A stretch of 55,119 nucleotides of DNA, counting the filler, from Diploschistes diacapsis (Eukaryota), in NCBI GenBank assembly GCA_023645945.1. It is 5 parts of 5 records of this genome, joined end to end, with 100 filler letters (N's around TTAATTAATTAA, not from the genome) between each part and the next. Parts side by side here need not be neighbours in the genome. Positions count along the whole stretch, not along the records: positions 44,198 to 55,119 come from JALAIB010000874.1; 4 more parts are not named here. The stretch is one strand, 5' to 3'. Position 1 is the stretch's first letter; every line of letters starts with the position of its first letter. The notes under the pieces were generated by a model. The model was not told the DNA's origin. It did no database searches and saw only the letters and a program-made list of their open reading frames with translations. Below, in pieces: positions 45,659 to 55,119 of this stretch. Position numbers and translations under genes: made by a program.

Positions 45659-47262
45659 TCATCCCACGATCCTAAGCACCTTCGCCTTCTTTCGGCCTTT
45701 GCTAGCTTCCGTCTCTGGCAATTTGCGCTCTCCAAGGATCTTACCACGGACAAGGTCTGCTGCATCGACCAGCTGTGTTGCTCGGTTGATTTTTCCATTG
45801 TCGCGAGGGCGTGTGGCTGCAGCCGCGCGAACGTCGGTCGAGTCATCGCCGAGCATGAGGTTGAGCTCAAAGGAGTACAGGTCTTTCAGCTTCGGGAGGC
45901 CTGAGAGGCCATCCACGAGGTCTTTGGCCCAGGTATCCGACAACTTGAGGCGGATGTAGGAGCCACGAATCGTCATCAATAGGTGAAGCTGTTGCAGGGC
46001 TAAAGACAGCGAGCATTAGTCGACTGGAATACTATGAGAGTAGAGAGAAGAGAAAGGATATACTTGCACTGGCAGCGGGTAGTCAGCCCTTGGAGGTTTG
46101 CAACGAGGTTCTTGCGCTCTTTTTCGCTGAATGTTAGGTTCGATTTCAACAGCGGGATGTTTTGCATATCATGTGCAAGACTGATCATGCAGATATTGAC
46201 ACGGGCGATCGGGGTCAAGCTGTCTAAGAACTTGGTCATTAGTGCGTGAGAAGCGAAGCTGAAGGCATTGCGTGAATAGAACAACGAAGCAACCTCATCA
46301 TGGATTTGCCTATTGACTCCGAGCAGTGCCTTCGACCCTTTGACTTGCAAGCCCCAACCGTCATCCTTGTCAAAACCATTAGCTTCAATGGAGCTAATAG
46401 CCAGGCCGATTGCCTGTTGCTGATTTGCATCGCTCGTCTTGGCTGCTTGTGCATAAGCAGCCCGCTTCTGGACAGCCTGGAAGCGGACTTGTCCACGGCG
46501 CTTGGCCATCTTGTACGCGTCGAAAGTGCATACGGAGAAGTGCTTCAAGAACTCCATGTCCTTTGGACGAATCTTGCCTAGGATACGGTCCTTTGGCCTG
46601 GATACAATTGGACTCCTATGACGATAGTGGGTGAGATCCTTGCCCTTCGACAGCCAGACGATCTCATAGTGATTCATCTTGGGAAACGCAAAATCGTAGA
46701 TTCTGTTTCGGATTTCTCCAGGAAGATCCATGAACCCGATCTTGTCAGCGTCGATCTTAGCGTTGCTGCAACGAATGGTAGGGATTTCTGGCTGCTCCAC
46801 ATCAGTGTTACTGGTCACCTGTGGCTTGGTTTCCTTGTTCAGAACGATGTTGGAGACATCGTGAGACGCGCTCACTTGTGGTGGTGTTGTCTTGATAGCA
46901 GTAATAATAGAGGCGTCAGAGCAGGTGCTTGCATTAGCGTTGATATCACCTGAGCCAGAGCTTTCAGTGGAGGTTTTTGTGCTGTCTGAGAATTCTTGGA
47001 GATCTGCTGCTTCTATTTGCGCAGCCTCTTCCTCGGTCCTTAAAGCCCCGTTAGTAGATAAAGAGGAAGTTCAAGAATGCGCTCACGTTTCAAAGCCATC
47101 AGGAGGGAGTGGCAGCCGAGCGGGATTATAAGTCTCTGGTGCTCCCCATATCTGTTTCCAGAGAGGGTCTGAAGGATCTACTTCCCAATGGTTTCGCCAT
47201 TGAATTGGGTGGCCGCTGGGCCAATCTGAAAAGGGACCCCCATGTCTAAGCATCAAAACCAT
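45659..47262 (-). CDS. Hypothetical protein with F-box-like 'FMDLPGEIRNRIY' motif; 2 introns, second is GC-AG
   Basis: Exon 1 MVLMLRHGGPFSDWP...DGFET, GTGAGC..CTAAC..TAG intron, exon 2 GFMDLPGEIRNRIYDFAF...LLGVNRQIHDEVASLFYSRNAFSF, exon 3 SLQQLHLLMTIRG. Confidence 0.75.
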
Positions 47263-47902
47263 TTCGTCAATAAGGTTAGAACCTAGGGTAGTCTATCCGC
47301 CCCAAAGCTTATAGCGAAAGGTATAGGAAGTAAGATAGCAAAAGCAGGGGATGTGATTTGAAGTTGTTGTAGTAGGTGGATGGATATGGTGAGTGAGCGG
47401 AAGAAATTATACAGGCAGGCGCAAAAGGTTGTGCGTGAAAGTGTAGGGCTTCTCCTCAATAGGCATAGCTTTGGAAGGCACATGCCAATAGTTGCCTTGT
47501 AAAGACATTGTTTATAGTGAACTGTAGATATGCACTTTAAGTCACAGCGTGACTGCTTGAACAATATGCACATCACAATAGGAGCTTCAGTCAGTCACCT
47601 ACACTTAATATTCGCACCACCAATACTGGGCATAAGCTAAGAAAAATCAAGACAATAACACGCTATACGTCCGAAAGTTCTCATTGATGATATATAATAG
47701 TATTGTTCATCTTGTTTCTTACTTCAATCAGTCAAATAATGCTTGAATGTGAAAACATCATACTTGGGATAGAGTTGTAGTTGTTGTTTTTGCGACTTTG
47801 ATAACTTGGCGTCCGTTACGTAAGCGAGACATGTGAAAGCGACTCCAAGTCATTGGGCAATAGTCCATGCTCAACCTTCCGCTCTCGATACCGTGACCCT
47901 CG

Positions 47903-48867
<965 letters not shown>

Positions 48868-49636
48868 ATGCATTGCGTAGTGCCCAACAGGAACATTGTA
48901 CAGAAGACATACTCCTAATGACCCGGTACACGTTTGAGAGGTTACCTAGCGAGCTCCAGCAACGCATAATATGAGTAATGTCTCTACCTCAACAGCACGT
49001 TCTATAAAATTAATTGCTGGGACCTTAATGAGATTGACCCCCATAGTTGTCATTTGTGCCCGCAACGAAACAGTCTGTTGCTCTGTCGCTTATTAGGCGT
49101 CCTCGTGCATGAGCCGCCACTTCAACTATCGTGAAGTTCTTGCAAGGATATCCACGACCATGTTCTGAATTTTTTTACGTAGCACTCTCATACATACTGT
49201 GAGAAGCTACCTAGCGTATGAATAATGCTTGAGACTATGCCTCGTTATGAAAGCAAGAGCTTGGACACAGTGTAGAGGTAGGTATTACTGTTCCTCCTCA
49301 TGGCACGCCTTCAGCAGGAATGACGTGCCAAGCTGCTGCCCGCACAGCTTCAAGTATCAGGGACAACTTTCCTGTTCAAATACAGGTTTTTCCCTTGCTT
49401 TCCCATTCTACCAATCCTAAACATCCATGTCTCGTAGTTCTTGCTTTTCTGAGACAAGCACAGCAAGAACGCTACTGTCGCTCCTGCAAGCACTGCTCCA
49501 ATCCTGGACTGACTCTTGGGCTGCATAAGAATATTTGCTAGAAATTGTCTATAGTTCTTGAATGCAGATAGTGTTTGAAATTCTGTGCTGTGTGGTAGAG
49601 TAGCAATTACATGCGACGTTTCAGTGATCGTCCAAT

Positions 49637-52600
49637 ATGGAAGACGACGGGCAACACACAGACATGGACGCAGACCAAGCAGCTTCCCGGCATAAAGCAC
49701 CGTATAGTACTCGTCGGCCTGTTCCAACAGTCCAGCACTACAGACAGATTCGACAGGAACGCGACAGGTTGGACGATGGCCAGAACGAAGCCGAGGACCA
49801 GGGACGGAAGCGTGACGGGCTCAAAAAGATCTTCAATCTTGGCAATGCCTCTGACGAGGGAGATGCAAGTGCTCATGGCTGGGCCGATCAGGGTTACAAC
49901 CGCAACCAGGCAACTTTCAGTGCTGAAGGGGAGATTCTAAATGGAGATCACGAAGACACTAATGGTGAAGAAAAGAAGCAGAACAGGAGCGAAGACGAAG
50001 ATAAAGATGGGGAAGAAGGATCAGCCAGCGATAACAAGCCAGTTGATACCTCTGAAGCTATCGCAAACGAGGTTGACCCGAGGCAGAAAAGAAAAGCTAT
50101 GAAGGGTCGAGCCTCTGAGAAAGACCGAAAATCTAGACAAGTGACAGACCCAGTAACTCACCTTCCTGTGACTATTCATGACTTTACAACAAAAGAGGTC
50201 AAGGATGCCCCAGCCAGTCTACCACCGTACGGCTTGCAGCCACGGGCTGCTACTGGGACCAATGCTGCGCCAAAGGATGACAAGCAGCTGCAATCGGAAA
50301 AGGAAGAGATTGAGCTAGGAACTAGGGGCACGCAGAAACTGTTCCCTCCGCCATCGCTTACGGCATTGAAAATAAAGATAGGAAGCGCTTATTCAACTGT
50401 ATTCGCTGTCGGAGTAGCCGCCCTTGGTGTCATCGTCTTTCTTACGCTGGGCATGACCTTCTGGACAATTCGTGGCAACCACACATCGAGGGCTCAACAG
50501 CTGATAGCGGTGATGATGATGATGGGGGGAGCTTCCGCGTCTGCTGGCGCGTTATGGACCTGCAAATGCTGGTTGTCCAGTAAAATCAACACCATATGGG
50601 AAGACGACATATGGGACGCTGCGCGACGGCAGGAACGCAAGGAACAGCACAAATTTCAGATACCAGAGTCTGCCATGTGGCTGAATTCGATTATTGCCAG
50701 CATCTGGCCACTAATCAATCCTGATCTGTTCTCTAGTATGGTAGATAATCTTGAAGATGTCATGCAAGCCTCTCTTCCCAAGGTTGTAAGAATGATCGCC
50801 ATCGAAGATTTCGGGCAAGGGAGATCCGCGTTGAGGATCCTCGGCGTCCGCTGGCTGCCCTCTGGAGCCGCAGCTAGCAGTGTATCCAAGGACGGGGAAT
50901 TGGAACAGCAAAACAAGGAAAAGAGCGATCGTGAAAACCCTGACGAGGGACACATCCAAGACGGTAAGGACACTGACAAGGGCCAAAGCCAAGAAGAATC
51001 GAAAGACAAGGAATCAGACGAGTCAAATATGGCAGAGGGCCTCGAGGCGGAGTCGGGCGATTTTCTAAACCTGGAGTTGTCATTTTCTTACCGGGCTACA
51101 GCGAAAAGCAGAAGCCTAAGGGACAAGACCGAAAATGCGCATATGTACCTGGTCTTCTACCTGCCTGCTAGTATGTCGGGGTCCACTTAGAGCCTTCTTA
51201 TGCTGACCGCATTCAGATATTCCCGTGCCAGTCTGGGTTGCCATCGACGGTATTGTCGGCACGATGAGACTACGAATTCAAACAGCTCCAGACCCTCCAT
51301 TCATCAAGTTATGTACGCTAAGCTTCATGGGCCAGCCAAAGGCTAGCATCTCATGTGTTCCGCTTGTCAAACGCGCTCCGAACATTATGGACCTCCCCTT
51401 GATCAGCTCTTTCGTGCAATCAAGTGTGGATGCGGCGCTGGCTGAATATGTGGCACCGAAGAGCTTTACCCTTGATCTAAAGCAGATGCTAGAAGGCGAT
51501 GACTTCAAAAAGGATACACTGTCTCGGGGTGCAATCTTTGTGAGGATCAGGCGTGCTGAGGGCATGAAAGAAGGCGACAGTAGCATACCGTTTATAAAGA
51601 GTGGATCATCTGATTGCTATGTCTCCTGTGGATGGGCAAAATTCTCAAAGCCGATGTGGTCTACGAGAATAATCATGGCGGATATGAAGCCATCGTTCGA
51701 AGAACATTGCGTTTTGCTAGTAGGGTCTCAAGAGCTCAATGCACACGAGCGTCTAAGGCTGCAGCTCTGGGACAGCGACCGCTCGTCTGCAGACGATGAC
51801 CTTGGGCGTATTGAAGTTGATATCGAGGAGTTGATGCAGAATGAGAACTCGAAGGGCAAGATGTGGTCTCGAGAAGACGAATTCGTTGGCATGGATGGGG
51901 ACTCTTCGATGCCTGGCAGGCTTACCTGGGAGGTCGGCTACTTTAGCAAAGTCGAGGTTACGCAAGATCAGCTGGCGAAGCAGCAGGTAAATACGGACAT
52001 ACGGACATTGCAGCAACTAAAGAACAAAGTGAAGGATTCCACAAACAGGAAGCTCAGGGAAGCCCCACGTAAGATCCGCGCAGAAGAAGGCAGCCAACAG
52101 CGGGCCCAAGAGTACGAGGACGAGCAGCATCGATTGATTTGCGCGGCACCACCGCCTGAAGAATTCTGCAGCGGTATCCTCTCTGTCCAAGTTCACAACG
52201 TCACCGGCTTAGAAGTATCCTCTCTGCGAAAGAAGACAAAAGATGAAAAGGAGGACTCGGAGAGCTTCGAGGACGATCTACCCAGCCCTTATTGCACGAT
52301 CATCATTAACGGCAAGATGCTATACAAGACTCGCACAAAGCCCAAAAACTCTAATCCATTCTTCAACGCAGGCACGGAGCGCTTTATCCGCGACTGGCGA
52401 GAGGCCGAAGTCATAGTTTCTGTTCGCGATGCTCGCGTCCACGAGGACGACGCACTACTCGGCATTGTGTACCTACCACTTGAACAGCTTCTTCGAGACT
52501 GCTCTCAGGTCAATGACACTTATCCTATCAGCGGAGGTATCGGCTTTGGGCGACTTCGTGTGTCAATGGTCTTCAGAGCAGTAGGCATCAAGCTACCAAA

Positions 52601-53411
52601 GGAGCTCAGAGGATGGGACTATGGCACGTTAGAGATTGATGACACAATACAGTCTGAGAAGGTGCCCGAAGACTTGAGGAACTTGCGAATCAAGGTCTAC
52701 AGCTCGATCAATAAGGCCAAGTTAAAATCTAATAAGGACGGGACATGGACGGCAAAGAGAGGCCACAAGATCAATTTAGCTGTTGAAAAGCGATATTCTA
52801 GCGCCATCATCGTTGAGTTTCGTAAAGACCAGGCAATCAAGGATAAAACGCCAGCTTACGCCATCCTGTGGTTGAAGGACATTGCGGACGACATCGGCTT
52901 GGAAATGGATTTGCCGGTATGGCGAGGAAGTGACTCGGACTTCAAGCGCGCTCGAGCCAATGTCCTGGAGGAGATGGGCGAGCGAGCGGGAAGCCTCAAA
53001 CTCAAGCTCAAGCTCTTTGCTGGCCTCAGTGACTATCACAAGAAGCTGAAGGACCCCAAGACCAAGCACGTCATGGAATGTCTGGACATCGCGAGCGCCA
53101 ACAAGGACCTGCCAGATGAAGACAGAGTTTCCGAGGATAACTCGGACTCGGGCTCGTCAAGCGACGAGGCCGAGCATGCGGGCAACGATGGCAAGAACGA
53201 TAATGACAGCAGGAGGGGACCGGTAGACGCGGTCAGCGACTACATGGACGACCACAAAGCCCTACATAGGCAGCATAGGGGTATGATGCAGTGGAAAGCG
53301 GCCAGGACGGCAAAGTGGATGAAGACGAAGGTCAAGGACGATATGGGAGGGAAAGTAAAGGATGCGTTGAAGCGGAAAGGCAGAGACCAAGGGATTGAAA
53401 GAGAGGTCTGA
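49637..53411 (+). CDS. Mug190-like membrane protein with TM hairpin, SMP-like domain and two C2 domains (intron 51171-51216)
   Basis: VTDPVTHLPVTIHD, two hydrophobic helices, PESAMWLNSIIASIWPLINPDLF, C2 motifs LQLWDSDRSSADDDLGRIEV and PSPYCTIIIN...NPFFNAGTERF. Confidence 0.88.
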
Positions 53412-53896
53412 AATGATATTGCATGTTATTTTGGTCGCGCTGGGTAGTTTTTTACTTCGGCCGTCGCGCTGGAGAGCGCTTGAGGAGTTTATGATTATGG
53501 AGCACGTTAAACTAATGGCCCTGATGCTAATAATACCTCGATACTTTACACAAGCGAGCGTGCTCTTATCAATGTTCTCCTTGCAATAACATGACCCAAC
53601 AAATCCCCCTTCCTGCCAACCGTTCAACTTCTCCTCCTCTGTCCCCGGTCTCTCTCCACCCGGTCTCAGACGACTATCATCATCATCATCTTCTTCTCAG
53701 GTCAAAGAATATGTCCGGCAAGCCCTTGCCCGCCTCCGAATCCGCCCCAAAGGGGCGCATCATCGAAAGCAGCCTCATAAAGCCTGCCCATGCCCAGGGC
53801 CAACCCAGGGAATGCGTTTTTGATCTTGTACGCCAATATGAACGCCAGACCACGGTGTGTCTGGGTTTGGCGCTTGATTATGCGTTCTTGAGGTTT

Positions 53897-53965
53897 TGTG
53901 TGTGTGTGTGTGTGTGTTACTGAAAAGAAAAAAGAAGAAGAAGAAGAAGAAGAGGAGGAGGAGCA
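53897..53965. repeat. (TG)n followed by (AAG)n/(AGG)n microsatellites
   Basis: Read directly. Confidence 0.92.
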
Positions 53966-55119
53966 GGTGTTGGGTGCTTGGGGGCTGGGGCTATAAGGCT
54001 GATTTCGATCGGGAAAGGGGTGGAACAAACTCGGGCCGGGGGTTTGTGCGTCTTTTTATTATCCTTACGAGCGCGCGGGAAAAGGGATAGAAAAGAGGAC
54101 AAGGGGTTCGCTGGCACGACGAGTGTACTTGACGCCCCAAGACGCCTTCATGAGATCTCGAGCCAGAAATCGACATTGCGTGTTTGGTGGAGACTACTTT
54201 GTGCGGGCGCGGGGGTTTCGGCGGACGTTGCTTGTACGGCCATTGGGCTTTGCAGCGGCTGCAGCAGGACGCTTGGACCGATGCTTTACTTTCAGGCCAT
54301 GTTCCTTTACGACGCTTTCATCCGCTAGCGGTTCCTGTCTATCCTGCTTTTGCTGAAGGTGGCTGGCGTCATCTTCGTAGCGGAAATAGGTAGCAACCTC
54401 GTTTGTAAAAATACTAGCTAGAGCCTGGAGCGGGGGCGTTGTAAAGGGCGGTTTGATGGTACCTGTGGAGATGAAGGCGGAGACAAGTACATAGACTGAC
54501 GTTCCTAGAGACTTTAGGATAGAATAATAGAGCAAGATAGGCGAAGAGACGTATCGAGGCCTGAGGTAGTTCTCTCGGGGTTCGAAAGTAGTTGCCTATA
54601 TGAGCTAGAAAAGCCCATATGGGTAATATCAAGCAGGTTATATAGGAGTATCTGCGAAATGAAAAGTATATTAGCTAAAGAGATCCATTTGGACAGAACT
54701 GGTACAGTATCAATGACAGCCACTTGGAAACGCAGATCGATCTCGTTGCACCTGAACCGTCACAATGGGCGAACTCTGTTCCTATGTCTGGACACCGCCG
54801 AGCTTTTGATTCGAATAAAACCAGGTACACGAATCTCTATCAACAAAGACATGAAGACCTTCAAGCCGAAAATTTCCCCATACTCGATTCTCACCTCCTC
54901 TCTTGCGAGGGCTTCAGAAAAGATGTAGATGTGATCACATGCCCATAGGCATCACACTCTTCCTATCATTATAAAAAACTTTCATCATCACAAGCCCTGT
55001 GATAACAGAAGAAGAAAAACAAAAAAAGAAGATAAAAAATTCTGTCCCGTCTAGCGCTCACCGCCCACCCGGCAAAAAAAAAAACTCCACCCCCCCAAAA
55101 AAAAACCCTATATATGCCC

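Noticed and set aside
54180..54950. Short ORFs and a TpA-rich stretch as a RIP-degraded gene or transposon
   Set aside because: No recognisable protein motif, terminal repeats or consistent splice signals; cannot be supported without a repeat or homology search

Overview
Eukaryotic DNA from a filamentous ascomycete (Pezizomycotina). It has short GT-AG introns with CTAAC/CTGAC branch points and dense housekeeping genes. The window is not one locus: five contigs (10956, 10956, 10951, 10934, 10922 nt) are joined in size order by artificial N44-TTAATTAATTAA-N44 linkers, so no synteny can be inferred across gaps. Recognisable genes: ELP3, succinyl-CoA ligase alpha, AP-2 mu, V-ATPase subunit f, TFIP11/Ntr1, YME1, GAL7 (partial), an AtrR-type Zn2Cys6 factor (partial), RLP24, CYK3, Met12-type MTHFR, QTRT2, URA6, a Mug190-like SMP/C2 protein, two alpha/beta-hydrolases and a GRGGAGN-repeat protein. 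The most unusual item is a HET-s/HET-S-like HeLo cell-death protein (620-2005). It has a roughly 140-aa charged, poly-Glu insertion inside the HeLo fold, an apparently decayed prion-forming tail, and no NLR partner on its contig. Several splicing oddities are also visible: a putative GG-AG or alternative-donor intron controlling a targeting leader of URA6, a start codon split by an intron, a GC-AG intron, and a tandem-acceptor problem in QTRT2. All family calls come from recalled motifs; no database search was run.
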